Assembly: GCA_003569205.1 (NCBI GenBank)
Contig: BGOK01000005.1
Location: forward strand, 57,716 to 121,715
Source of the DNA: Verrucomicrobiota bacterium
GTDB taxonomy: Bacteria; Verrucomicrobiota; Verrucomicrobiia; Opitutales; UBA953
DNA length: 64,000 bases
Reading direction: 5' to 3'
Shown: piece by piece, positions 47,343 through 56,123 of the stretch
Layout: each line of letters opens with the position of its first letter
How positions within the stretch are numbered: position 1 is the stretch's first letter
The notes under the pieces: generated by a model
What the model was told of the DNA's origin: nothing
What the model saw: the letters and a program-made list of their open reading frames with translations, nothing else
The model's database searches: none
Made by a program: the position numbers and the translations under genes

Positions 47343-49139
47343 TCAGTGGCCGCCAGCGCCTTCGTGTTCCTTGATGTACTCCTGCTTGAGGCCGAGAGCT
47401 TCGGGGGCGTGGAGGACGAGCATCTTCATGCGCACATCCGCGGGGATGGTCGCGGCGGTAGCCTTGGAGACGACGATCATCAGCGTGATCGATAGCGGCA
47501 CGGCCCAGATGGCGGGCTGTTCGCAAAGAATGCGTAGGAGCGGGTGGGCGACCCAGAAGTCAGCCAGTCCGGCGAAGCCATAGACATCGGACAGCGTTGT
47601 GAGGAAGATGGAGCCGAGGGCGAGGAGGCCGCCGGCGAGCATGCCCGTGGCGGCACCTTTCATGGTCATACCCCGCCACCAGACGCTCATGAAGAGCAAG
47701 GGGAAGTAACTGGCCGCGGCGATGGCGAAGGCCTGGCCGACGAGGTAATTGATATTCAACTTCTCGACTTGGGTGCCAAGGCCGACGGAAACCACACCGA
47801 TGATGACCGCCGACCACTTGAAGGCCGTGAGGCGCTGTTCGGGCGACGAGTCTGGCTTAAGCATACGGCCGTAGATGTCGTGGGCGAGGGCGCTGGACAT
47901 CGAGACCAACAGGCCGGAGAAGGTCGACATGAACGCGGCGAAGGCGCCCGCGCACGTGATCCCGGAAAGGATGGAGCCGAGGAGCGGGTAGTCGCGGCCG
48001 GCGAGGAGCGTCGGTAGTTCCAGGACGACCTTATCCGTGCCCTTCGAGCCGACGGCATCGTAGAGCTCCGGCGTGAGTGAACGGCCGATGACCCCATAGA
48101 TGGGCGGGAAGACGTAGAAGACGCCGATGAGGATCATGACCCACATGGTCGTGCGTTTGGCGGCTACCCCGTCCGGGTTCGTGTAGAAGCGAACCAAGAT
48201 GTGCGGCAAGCCAGCGGTACCGCAGACCAGCGCGATGATCAGCGAGTAGGTGTAGAGGAGGGAATAGGGCTTCTTATTCGCCTCGAGCTCGGCTTTTTCT
48301 TCGGGCGTTTTGGCGGCCTTGATGGCGGCGTCGACGGCCTTCGTCGTTAGGCTGCCGAAGGGTGCAATCCACTGTTCGTCCTTGGGGGCTTTGGCGGGGA
48401 GGGCCTTGCGTTCGATGCCAGCCGGAGCTGCCGCGACGGTTTCTTGGGCGGTCTTGTTGGCTTCGAGGTGCGACTGGTAATGGCCGACGATGGCGGCGAT
48501 GACGAAGATCGGCACGGTGATCGCGAAGACCTTGAGCCAATACTGAAAGGCTTGGACGAGCGTGATGCCTTTCATGCCACCGAGCGCGACGTTCAGGGTG
48601 ATGACGGCACCGACCACGATGACCCCGACGGAGTAGTGCAGGCCGGGGAAGATGTAGGCGAGCGTGGTGCCCGCGCCCTTCATCTGCGGCATGGTGTAGA
48701 AGAAGCCAATGAAGAGCACGAAGCAGACCGCGATCTTACGGAAGACGGGCGAGTCGTAGCGGCCTTCGGCGAAGTCCGGGATGGTGTAGGCGCCGAACCG
48801 ACGCAGCGGGCCCGCAATAAAGAGCAGCAGGAAGAGGTAGCCGCAAGCGTAGCATACCGGATACCAGAGCGCATCGTAGCCATTGAGCATCACCATGCCA
48901 GCGACGCCCATGAAGGACGCTGCCGACAGGTATTCGCCGGAGATGGCGGAGGCGTTCCAGCCGACGGACACCGAGCGGCCCGCGACGAAGAAGTCGCCGG
49001 CGCTCTTGGACTTACCAGCGGTCCAGAAGCCCATGCCGACGGTGATCACAACCGTGATCAACGAGAAGAAGGCGATCCAAGGGTCGATACCCTTGGCGGC
49101 CGGTTCGGCCGCGGCGAGAAAGGCGAGGAGGGCGTTCAT
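47343..49139 (-). CDS. actP: Sodium:solute symporter family, cation/acetate symporter ActP-like
   Basis: 598 aa, SSF-type TM pattern (FFVAGRSVS..., GGMKG...). It is preceded by a DUF485 gene, as in yjcH-actP. Confidence 0.75.
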   Translation of the reverse strand: MNALLAFLAAAEPAAKGIDPWIAFFSLITVVITVGMGFWTAGKSKSAGDFFVAGRSVSVGWNASAISGEYLSAASFMGVAGMVMLNGYDALWYPVCYACGYLFLLLFIAGPLRRFGAYTIPDFAEGRYDSPVFRKIAVCFVLFIGFFYTMPQMKGAGTTLAYIFPGLHYSVGVIVVGAVITLNVALGGMKGITLVQAFQYWLKVFAITVPIFVIAAIVGHYQSHLEANKTAQETVAAAPAGIERKALPAKAPKDEQWIAPFGSLTTKAVDAAIKAAKTPEEKAELEANKKPYSLLYTYSLIIALVCGTAGLPHILVRFYTNPDGVAAKRTTMWVMILIGVFYVFPPIYGVIGRSLTPELYDAVGSKGTDKVVLELPTLLAGRDYPLLGSILSGITCAGAFAAFMSTFSGLLVSMSSALAHDIYGRMLKPDSSPEQRLTAFKWSAVIIGVVSVGLGTQVEKLNINYLVGQAFAIAAASYFPLLFMSVWWRGMTMKGAATGMLAGGLLALGSIFLTTLSDVYGFAGLADFWVAHPLLRILCEQPAIWAVPLSITLMIVVSKATAATIPADVRMKMLVLHAPEALGLKQEYIKEHEGAGGH

Positions 49140-49140
49140 G

Positions 49141-49452
49141 TTATTTCTTCAGGCCGTCCAGGGCGGCTTTGGCTTCGGCGTCCTCGAGGGCGATAGAGCG
49201 CTGGATGAAGATATAGGAGATAATCCAGACAAAGGGGAAGAATAGCACCCCAAGGATCAACCAAGTGAGGGTGAAGCCAAAGACGCGCTGGGCCATGAAC
49301 TCCGGTTGGAAGTAGTTCAGCAAGGGGAGGGCAACGAGCGCGACGATGAAGCAGAAGGCGCAAGCGATGGAGAGCTTGAGCTGGCCGCTCATCAAGCGCG
49401 CCAAGAACGCATCCGAATGGATGGGGTCGGGGGTGGGGTTCGACTCTTTCAT
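49141..49452 (-). CDS. DUF485 (YjcH-like) small inner-membrane protein
   Basis: 103 aa, 2 TM, ends 1 nt before the actP start. This matches the classical yjcH-actP pairing. Confidence 0.7.
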   Translation of the reverse strand: MKESNPTPDPIHSDAFLARLMSGQLKLSIACAFCFIVALVALPLLNYFQPEFMAQRVFGFTLTWLILGVLFFPFVWIISYIFIQRSIALEDAEAKAALDGLKK

Positions 49453-49521
49453 GGGGTTGGCAGTACTCCGTGCAATTATTGGCGGACTGCAAACCCGATG
49501 ATTTCGGCTTGGCTTTACTTA

Positions 49522-49538
49522 ATGCAACTATATTGCAT
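49522..49538. promoter_or_regulatory. Palindrome ATGCAA-ctata-TTGCAT, candidate operator 12 nt upstream of the TonB-dependent receptor ATG
   Basis: Seen directly. It overlaps a TATATT (-10-like) hexamer at 49529-49534 in the divergent actP-operon/receptor intergenic region. Confidence 0.35.
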
Positions 49539-49549
49539 CTAGTCACCCC

Positions 49550-51547
49550 ATGAGTGCCCCGCGTCTAAAACGGTTTAACCCGCTATTCATTCTCGCGGCC
49601 TCAGCCTTGGCCGTCTGTGCCCAAGAAAAGCCCGTTACTCCAGAAAAGCTGAAGGCCGTGGTGGTTAAAGGCACATCCATCGGCGGGGAAGTGACGGCAG
49701 TGTCTCCTGCGCTGACCCTATCGGGCAAGGTCTTGGCTGATCTCTCGCAGTCCACCCTGGGGGACGTGCTCGCCGACATCCCCGGCGTGGCCTCCAGTTA
49801 CTTCGGTCCTAATTCGGGCCGCCCGATTATTCGCGGGCTCGAAGGCGATCGCCTCAAGATTACCCAGAATGGCACGAGCAGCCTCGATGCTTCCAGTGCT
49901 AGCCCTGACCATGCGGTCAGCGTCGATCCACTCACCATCCGCGAAGTCCAAGTGCTACGTGGGCCGGCCGCGTTGCTCTATAGTTCAAGTATCATGGGTG
50001 GCGTTATCAATCTCCTCGATAATCGTATCCCGGTCGAGCGGTTGCCGCGCTCAGCCACGCTTTTCGGTCGCATGGGTTCCGCCGATGGTTTGCGTGCGCT
50101 CTCCGTCCTCACCGAGGGGTCCCTCGGTGACTTCGCCTACCACCTCGACGGTTTTAATAAGACAACGCAGGACCTCTCGACTCCCATCGGCCGTATCGCC
50201 GATACGGCCAGCGATAGCCAAGGGGCCGGGTTTGGTGTTTCACGCGTTGGTGCCTTCGGATACGTCGGGCTTTCTTATTCGGGCCTGAACTCCACTTATG
50301 GCGTGACCGAGCCAGGTATCGAGATCGGCCTGCGTCAGCGCCGTTGGGACCTCGCAGGTAGCGTGAATGCCCCCACTGCGGCTTTGAAGTCGATCAGCTA
50401 TAAACTCGGGGTCTCCGATTACGAGCACTCCGAGTTCGCCGCCGGTGTCGCGGGCAGCACGTTTGCTAATCAGGGCTGGGATGGGCGCATCGACTTCGAG
50501 CTAACAAAGATTGGCTCGCTTGAAGGCGTGGTCGGTCTCCAATCCGGCCGCTTCGATTTCTCGGTCGTGGGCGCTGAGGCTTTCCTGCCGACGACCCGCA
50601 ATGCCAACGACGCAGTCTTCGGCTCGTTCGTCCAGGCACTCGCCTCCGCCTCTCGGCTGCGCTACGGTTTCCGCGTTGAGTCCGCCAAGGTCTCGGCCAA
50701 CGCTTGGGTCCACGAAGGTCTGGTCAGTAATCCTGGTTCCGCCTCCGCCTCGTTTACGCCCGCTAGCCTCGCCTTGGCTTGGGTCAAGGACCTGAGCCCG
50801 GAGTGGGCGACAACGCTCAGCCTCACGCGCACCGAGCGGGCACCGAATTACCAAGAGCTCTTCGCGGATGGTCCGCACGTCGGGACAGATGCTTACGAAG
50901 TCGGTGACGGGGCGCTCGGCAAGGAGCGTGGGATTGGTATCGAACTCGAACTGGCCAAGACGCGCGGAGCGGTCTCCGGTAGTTTTTCGATCTATTATAA
51001 CCGCTTCAGCTCGTTCATCGCCCAACAGGCGAATGGCCAAGGTCCGGATCTCACGCTTACCGGCGGGGACGATCACTCCGGCCTTGCTCGTTTCGACTTC
51101 GTTGCCGTACCGGCCGACTTCTTTGGCGCTGAGGCTAAGGTCAATTATCAGCTCCACGACAACGCGACGGCCAAGCTCGGGCTCGAGTTCTTCGGCGATT
51201 TCGTCCGGGCTTCGAACCGCGACACCTCCGAGGCTTTACCGCGGATCTCGCCTGGCCGCTTGGGTGTGGCCTTGCATGGCCTCGCCTCAGGCTGGTCCTG
51301 GCGACTCGATGCCGCCTATCATCTCGCGCAGAATCATCTGGCGACTACCGAGACCCCGACTGCCGGCTACACGATGGTCGGCGCCAGCCTGGGTCATGAT
51401 TTCAAACTAGTTGGGACTGACGCCCGTTTCACGCTCCGCTTGACGAATCTTTTTGATGTCGAAGCCCGTAACGCCTCTTCCTTTATCAAGGATACCTTAC
51501 CATTGCCTGGCCGTGGCGTAGAGGCAGGATTGAAGTTAAATTTCTAA
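49550..51547 (+). CDS. TonB-dependent outer-membrane receptor (small, ZnuD/metal-type plug signature)
   Basis: Signal peptide; plug SGRPIIRGLEGDRLKITQNG...SPDHAVSVDP...VQVLRGPAALLYSSSIMGGVINL; C-terminal ...GVEAGLKLNF. Confidence 0.85.
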   Translation: MSAPRLKRFNPLFILAASALAVCAQEKPVTPEKLKAVVVKGTSIGGEVTAVSPALTLSGKVLADLSQSTLGDVLADIPGVASSYFGPNSGRPIIRGLEGDRLKITQNGTSSLDASSASPDHAVSVDPLTIREVQVLRGPAALLYSSSIMGGVINLLDNRIPVERLPRSATLFGRMGSADGLRALSVLTEGSLGDFAYHLDGFNKTTQDLSTPIGRIADTASDSQGAGFGVSRVGAFGYVGLSYSGLNSTYGVTEPGIEIGLRQRRWDLAGSVNAPTAALKSISYKLGVSDYEHSEFAAGVAGSTFANQGWDGRIDFELTKIGSLEGVVGLQSGRFDFSVVGAEAFLPTTRNANDAVFGSFVQALASASRLRYGFRVESAKVSANAWVHEGLVSNPGSASASFTPASLALAWVKDLSPEWATTLSLTRTERAPNYQELFADGPHVGTDAYEVGDGALGKERGIGIELELAKTRGAVSGSFSIYYNRFSSFIAQQANGQGPDLTLTGGDDHSGLARFDFVAVPADFFGAEAKVNYQLHDNATAKLGLEFFGDFVRASNRDTSEALPRISPGRLGVALHGLASGWSWRLDAAYHLAQNHLATTETPTAGYTMVGASLGHDFKLVGTDARFTLRLTNLFDVEARNASSFIKDTLPLPGRGVEAGLKLNF

Positions 51548-51550
51548 GCT

Positions 51551-52201
51551 TTGGCTACCGTCGCTTCCATCGCCCTATCAGAACGTGTCTGTGCTTGGGC
51601 CGCCGCACTAGGCGGGTGCGCGGTGGTGGTTTGCCTCCTCGGTGTCTGGGCCGATCCCGTACGGGCTCCGCATGAGCACGAGCATGACCACGGGCCGGGC
51701 GCGCCGGTGCAATATTTCCGGCCACCGCCTTCCGCTCCGGCCGTGGCTGCCGCGTCGCCAGCCCCTGCGTTGGTCGCACTGCCGACACCCGTTGTCGAGG
51801 CCCCGCTCGCCGAAGTGACTCCAGTCGTGCCCGTCACCGCCGCGCCCGCTTTGGTGTCCTTAGTCTCCCCTGCAGTGGCGCCGCCGCACGCCACATTAAA
51901 GCCAATCGCTTCACCCGTGGCCCCCGCACCTGCGACCGCTGAGCCATTCACGACGAATATGCCGGGCGACTTCCCGGAACCGCCCTATCCGCGCTGGGCC
52001 CGGCAGCAGGGACTACAAGGTAACTTGCTCGTCCTCGTTGAAGTATCTTCAGCGGGTTCGCCCATCAGCGTCGTCATCCGCGAATCCTGCGGCTCGACGG
52101 CTCTGGACGACCATGCGGTCGTGTGGGTCCGCCAGCGCTGGTCCTGGGCCCCGGGCCCGCCGCGCCGCTTCCTAGTTCCTTTTATCTTCCAATTACAATA
52201 A
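51551..52201 (+). CDS. tonB: Energy transducer TonB with a His-rich HEHEHDH insert
   Basis: TTG start, one TM, a Pro/Ala/Val-rich linker, and a C-terminal TonB domain (PEPPYPRWARQQGLQGNLLVLVEV...). The His cluster is encoded at 51671-51691. Confidence 0.6.
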   Translation: MATVASIALSERVCAWAAALGGCAVVVCLLGVWADPVRAPHEHEHDHGPGAPVQYFRPPPSAPAVAAASPAPALVALPTPVVEAPLAEVTPVVPVTAAPALVSLVSPAVAPPHATLKPIASPVAPAPATAEPFTTNMPGDFPEPPYPRWARQQGLQGNLLVLVEVSSAGSPISVVIRESCGSTALDDHAVVWVRQRWSWAPGPPRRFLVPFIFQLQ

Positions 52202-52206
52202 CCCCC

Positions 52207-52833
52207 ATGCCACCTCTCCTCGCCAACGCTGCGGTCGACCTTTTCCTCAAAGGTGGACCGATTATGTATCCGCTCCTACTTGCGGGCCTTGTCGGCGTCG
52301 CGGTCGTCGCGGAACGTCTACTCTGGTGGGTGCGCGTCGCCGGTCGCCGCGATGCCCGTGCGGTCGCCGCTGCGCTGGCTGCGGCTGAAGTCGGTGACTG
52401 GGCCGCCGCCGAACAGGGGGTTGCGAAATCCGCCGACCCGGTCGCCCGCGTACTGCGCGCTGGCCTGGCTCACCGCACGGGCGCGTTCGAAGGAGCAGTG
52501 CAGGTGGCTTCCGCCGCCGAGCTACGTGAGGCCGCGCGCTATATCGGCGTCCTGGACACCCTCGTGACGTTGGCACCGCTGCTCGGACTCCTTGGCACCG
52601 TGACTGGTATCATGGGCTCCTTCAATTCCATCGGTTCTGACGAACTCGCTGTGGCAAAGGTCACTGGCGGTATCGGCGAGGCACTCATCGCAACGGCGGC
52701 TGGTCTGGGTATCGCTATCGCGACGCTCCTTCCCCTGAATGTCTTGTCGGCGAGGTTGACTGGTCTCCAATCCGACTTGGAGGCAGCCGCGACGGCCTTG
52801 CAGGTCGCGATTCAGAAGGGGAGGGCGTCGTGA
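52207..52833 (+). CDS. exbB: MotA/TolQ/ExbB proton-channel protein
   Basis: LLGLLGTVTGIMGSF...GIGEALIATAAGLGIAIATL. Confidence 0.8.
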   Translation: MPPLLANAAVDLFLKGGPIMYPLLLAGLVGVAVVAERLLWWVRVAGRRDARAVAAALAAAEVGDWAAAEQGVAKSADPVARVLRAGLAHRTGAFEGAVQVASAAELREAARYIGVLDTLVTLAPLLGLLGTVTGIMGSFNSIGSDELAVAKVTGGIGEALIATAAGLGIAIATLLPLNVLSARLTGLQSDLEAAATALQVAIQKGRAS

Positions 52834-53243
52834 AGATTCCGTCCCCGTTGCCCCCGCGGCGCGCCCGGTTGGAGATTGTCCCGCTAATCGACATCATGTT
52901 CTTCCTACTGGCGTCCTTTATGTTGGTCAGCGTCACGTTGCATAAGAACCACTGCATGCCCGTGAACCTCGAAGGCGCTACCACGGTGCAGTCTGAGCTA
53001 AAGCCTGACGCCGTCACCATCTCGGTCGACCGCGCTGGCCAGGTCTTCGTGGATCGCCAAGCCTCTACCTTGCCTGACCTCCGTTCCTTGCTCGCCGGCC
53101 GCGTGAAGGCTAACGCGGGCGTGGCGGTCTACATTGCGGGTGACGCGGACACTCCTCATGGCCGCATGATTGACGTCCTTGATTTTGTGCGCAGCGCCGG
53201 CGTCCAGAAAGTCGCCTTTACTGTCAAGGCGGCCGCCCGATGA
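52830..53243 (+). CDS. exbD: ExbD/TolR biopolymer transport protein
   Basis: LEIVPLIDIMFFLLASFML...; the GTG start overlaps the exbB stop (GTGA). Confidence 0.8.
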   Translation: MKIPSPLPPRRARLEIVPLIDIMFFLLASFMLVSVTLHKNHCMPVNLEGATTVQSELKPDAVTISVDRAGQVFVDRQASTLPDLRSLLAGRVKANAGVAVYIAGDADTPHGRMIDVLDFVRSAGVQKVAFTVKAAAR

Positions 53244-53740
53244 GTTCCCGTTGGCCACTCGTTCTCGCCGCGCTCTGCGTACTCCTATCGGTCTTCTGCG
53301 CCGTGCAGTGGGGCCGCGAGGCCGACCTGCGTGCAGAGTTGCTCTCCAGCCGAACCGCCGAACGCGATCTGCGGACGAAGTCCGCCGAAGCCGTCCGTCT
53401 GGGTGAGACCTATGCGGGTGAGATCCGCCGGCTCGATGCTCGGATCGGGGAACTTAAGCGCGCCGAGGAGGCCTTGCGGAAGGAACTCGCCGCTGCTCGC
53501 TCCGCCGAACAGTCCGCCCGCGTTACCGCTGCGGAGGTGGTGCCCTTGCGGGCCTCGCTGGCTAAGCAGAACGATGCGATCAAGGGTCAGAATGCGACCG
53601 TCGCCAAACAGAACGACGCCATGCGTATTCAGAATGAGAGCTTGCGTAAACTCATGGCCGAACGCGACGAAGTGGTGCGGCTGCTGAATGAGCGGACTGA
53701 CCTTCTGAACAAGCTCAACGCCGGGCGAGAGGGGAAGTAG
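53240..53740 (+). CDS. Membrane-anchored coiled-coil protein, unknown function
   Basis: The ATG overlaps the exbD stop (ATGA). It has an N-terminal TM (WPLVLAALCVLLSVFCAV) and then a heptad-like helix with the repeated AKQNDA(I/M) motif. Confidence 0.4.
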   Translation: MSSRWPLVLAALCVLLSVFCAVQWGREADLRAELLSSRTAERDLRTKSAEAVRLGETYAGEIRRLDARIGELKRAEEALRKELAAARSAEQSARVTAAEVVPLRASLAKQNDAIKGQNATVAKQNDAMRIQNESLRKLMAERDEVVRLLNERTDLLNKLNAGREGK

Positions 53741-53834
53741 GCCGTTGGCCTAAGTTCAGGTCGGCTTCGCTTGTCTCATGCCTTGGGTTGGTTGGCGAGG
53801 TGGGCTACAGGTCTTTTCTGGGGTCTTCTTGCTC

Positions 53835-53862
53835 ATTATCGCACAATTATTCTTCAATTATC
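53835..53862 (+). promoter_or_regulatory. Three ATTAT(C/T) hexamers phased exactly 11 nt apart (53835, 53846, 53857)
   Basis: Seen directly in the AT-richer 158-nt spacer, 37-64 nt upstream of the ATG at 53899. Confidence 0.3.
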
Positions 53863-53898
53863 GGTGGCTTTATTTCAGCCCTTTGCTACGTTGGTACC

Positions 53899-54459
53899 AT
53901 GTCCAAAACCACGCTCGTCCTCCTCCTCGCCCTCGGCCTCGGGGGTGGCTTCTTGATCGCCCGCTTCGTTAAGCCGACGGCTGTGGCGGTCGATATCCCT
54001 AAACCAGCCGTCGTGGAAGCCCCGCGCCCGGTAGCCAAGTCTGTCGCCCAGCCCCCCCGCCCGACGCCGGCGATCACCGAGAAGTCCGGCGACGATATCG
54101 CCAAGGAAGAACTTAAGGCCCGCGCCAAGGCCTTCGCCGAAGAGACCAAGAAGATGGTCGAAGAAATTTCCGGTGGCGACCAAGCCAAGCTGCAGCGGGC
54201 GATGTTTGCCGGCATGATGAAGCCCGAAGGCCAAGCCATCATGGCCGAAGCCCGCGAAATCGGCGAAGCCATGCGTAACGCCACCCCAGCCGAGCGTGAA
54301 GCCCTGACCCAGCGCTCTCTCGCCCTCCGCGATCGCACGATGAGCGCCCTCCGAAATGAGATGGCCGCGCTCAACAACCCCGCCCCCGTCGCCCCAGTTT
54401 CTCGGCCGGCTGAAGCCGGTGCGCCCGCTGCTCAGCCTGCACCAATCATCATTATGTAA
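53899..54459 (+). CDS. Membrane-anchored helical protein, unknown function
   Basis: ATG at 53899 (MSKTTLVLLLALGLGGGFLIARF), a Pro-rich spacer, then a charged helical region. Confidence 0.35.
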   Translation: MSKTTLVLLLALGLGGGFLIARFVKPTAVAVDIPKPAVVEAPRPVAKSVAQPPRPTPAITEKSGDDIAKEELKARAKAFAEETKKMVEEISGGDQAKLQRAMFAGMMKPEGQAIMAEAREIGEAMRNATPAEREALTQRSLALRDRTMSALRNEMAALNNPAPVAPVSRPAEAGAPAAQPAPIIIM

Positions 54460-54482
54460 GGTCGGTTCATCCACCAAAGAAG

Positions 54483-54508
54483 AAGGGCCAGCTTGCGCTG
54501 GCCCTTTT
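54483..54508. terminator. Bidirectional rho-independent terminator (convergent with ilvC)
   Basis: AA-GGGCCAGC-ttgc-GCTGGCCC-TTTT (stems 54485-54492 and 54497-54504). Confidence 0.7.
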
Positions 54509-54529
54509 GCTTGGCGGAGTGACCGACGC

Positions 54530-55567
54530 TTACTTCGTGGTGTACTCGGCCTGCGCGCCCTTGATGTTGCGCTTCTGCACCCAAGGCATCAGCGAGCGGA
54601 GACGCTGGCCGGTCTTTTCGATCGGGTGGTTCTCGCCCTGCTTAAGGAGCTTAGTGTAGTTCTTGAGGCCACCCTTGTATTCCTTGACCCACTGGGCGGT
54701 GAACTTGCCTGACTGGATTTCCTTGAGGATTTCGCGCATCGCCTTGCGGGAAGCGCTGTTGATCACGCGAGGGCCGCGGGTGATGTCGCCATACTTGGCG
54801 GTTTCGGAGATCGAGAAGCGCATGCCGGAGATGCCGGACTCGACCATGAGGTCGACGATGAGCTTCAGCTCGTGGAGGCACTCGAAGTAGGCCATCTCGG
54901 GCTGGTAGCCGGCTTCGACCAGGGTTTCGTAACCCACCTTGACGAGTTCGGAGGCACCGCCGCAGAGGACGGCCTGTTCGCCGAAGAGGTCGGTTTCGGC
55001 TTCTTCCTTAAAGGAGGTCTTGATGACGCCGGCGCGGGTACCACCGATACCCTTGGCCCAGGCGAGGGCGGTCTTGGTGGCCTTACCAGAGATGTCCTGC
55101 TGGACGGCGATGAGGGCGGGGACGCCCTTACCTTCGACGTACTGCGCACGGACAACGTGGCCGGGGCCCTTCGGGGCGACCATGGCGATGTCGACGTTCT
55201 TGCCGGGCTTGATCAACTTGTAGTGGATCGAGAGGCCGTGGATGAAGAGGACAGTCTTGCCACCCTTGCCAAGGTTAGGAGCGATGTCCTTTTCCCACAC
55301 ATCGGCCTGCTTCATGTCGGGGATACCGACGAGCATGACATCCGCACGGCGGACAGCTTCAGCGGTCTCGTAGACCTTGAAACCTTTTTTCTTCGCGGCG
55401 GCAGCCGACTTCGATCCCTTGTAGAGACCAACAATCACGTTGAGCCCGCTGTCGCGCAGGTTCATGGCGTGAGAGTGGCCCTGGGAGCCGAAACCGAGAA
55501 CGGCGAGGGTCTTGTTCTTCAGGAAGCCGAGATCGGCATCCTTGTCAGTGTACACTTTGGCAGGCAT
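54530..55567 (-). CDS. ilvC: Ketol-acid reductoisomerase (class I)
   Basis: ...LAVLGFGSQGHSHAMNLRDSG..., GPGHVVR, LFGEQAVLCGG, CLHELKLIVDL. Confidence 0.92.
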   Translation of the reverse strand: MPAKVYTDKDADLGFLKNKTLAVLGFGSQGHSHAMNLRDSGLNVIVGLYKGSKSAAAAKKKGFKVYETAEAVRRADVMLVGIPDMKQADVWEKDIAPNLGKGGKTVLFIHGLSIHYKLIKPGKNVDIAMVAPKGPGHVVRAQYVEGKGVPALIAVQQDISGKATKTALAWAKGIGGTRAGVIKTSFKEEAETDLFGEQAVLCGGASELVKVGYETLVEAGYQPEMAYFECLHELKLIVDLMVESGISGMRFSISETAKYGDITRGPRVINSASRKAMREILKEIQSGKFTAQWVKEYKGGLKNYTKLLKQGENHPIEKTGQRLRSLMPWVQKRNIKGAQAEYTTK

Positions 55568-55588
55568 GGGTATTGGGTGGAAAAGGGT

Positions 55589-56101
55589 TTACTTGGCGGC
55601 CTTCTTGAGGCCGCGGGAGAGGGCGACGGCCCCAGTGCGGGCGGTTTCGATGATGCCGAAATGTTCGATGAGATCGAGGAAGGCCGAAATCTTGGTCACG
55701 TTGCCGGTGAACTCGATGAGCAAGGAGTCGTGGGCGACGTCGACGACCTTGGCGCGGAAGAGGCCGGCGATCTCAAGGATTTCCGTGCGGGTCTTCTTGT
55801 CGGACTTCACCTTGACGAGGATAAGTTCGCGGGCGACATGGTCGACTTCCTCGCGGGAGAAGTCGTTCACGGTGATAACATTAATCAGCTTATCGAGGGC
55901 CTTGACGCAACGGTCGAGGGCAGCGTCATCGGCGATGACGGTCGCAGTGATGCGGGAGTAGGCTGGGTCATGCGTCGGACCCACATTGAGGGTCTCGATG
56001 TTGAAGCCGCGACCGGAGAGCATGCCAGCGACTCGGGCCAGGACGCCGAACTTGTTTTCGACGAGGGCGGAGAGCGTGTGCTTCTTCTTGGTGGGCGTCA
56101 T
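55589..56101 (-). CDS. ilvN: Acetolactate synthase small (regulatory) subunit
   Basis: HTLSALVENKFGVLARVAGMLSGRGFNIETLNVGPT (ACT domain). The ATG at 56101 was chosen because the upstream part of the ORF is the tRNA gene. Confidence 0.88.
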   Translation of the reverse strand: MTPTKKKHTLSALVENKFGVLARVAGMLSGRGFNIETLNVGPTHDPAYSRITATVIADDAALDRCVKALDKLINVITVNDFSREEVDHVARELILVKVKSDKKTRTEILEIAGLFRAKVVDVAHDSLLIEFTGNVTKISAFLDLIEHFGIIETARTGAVALSRGLKKAAK

Positions 56102-56123
56102 GGCGATGTTGAGGGTGAAAGGG

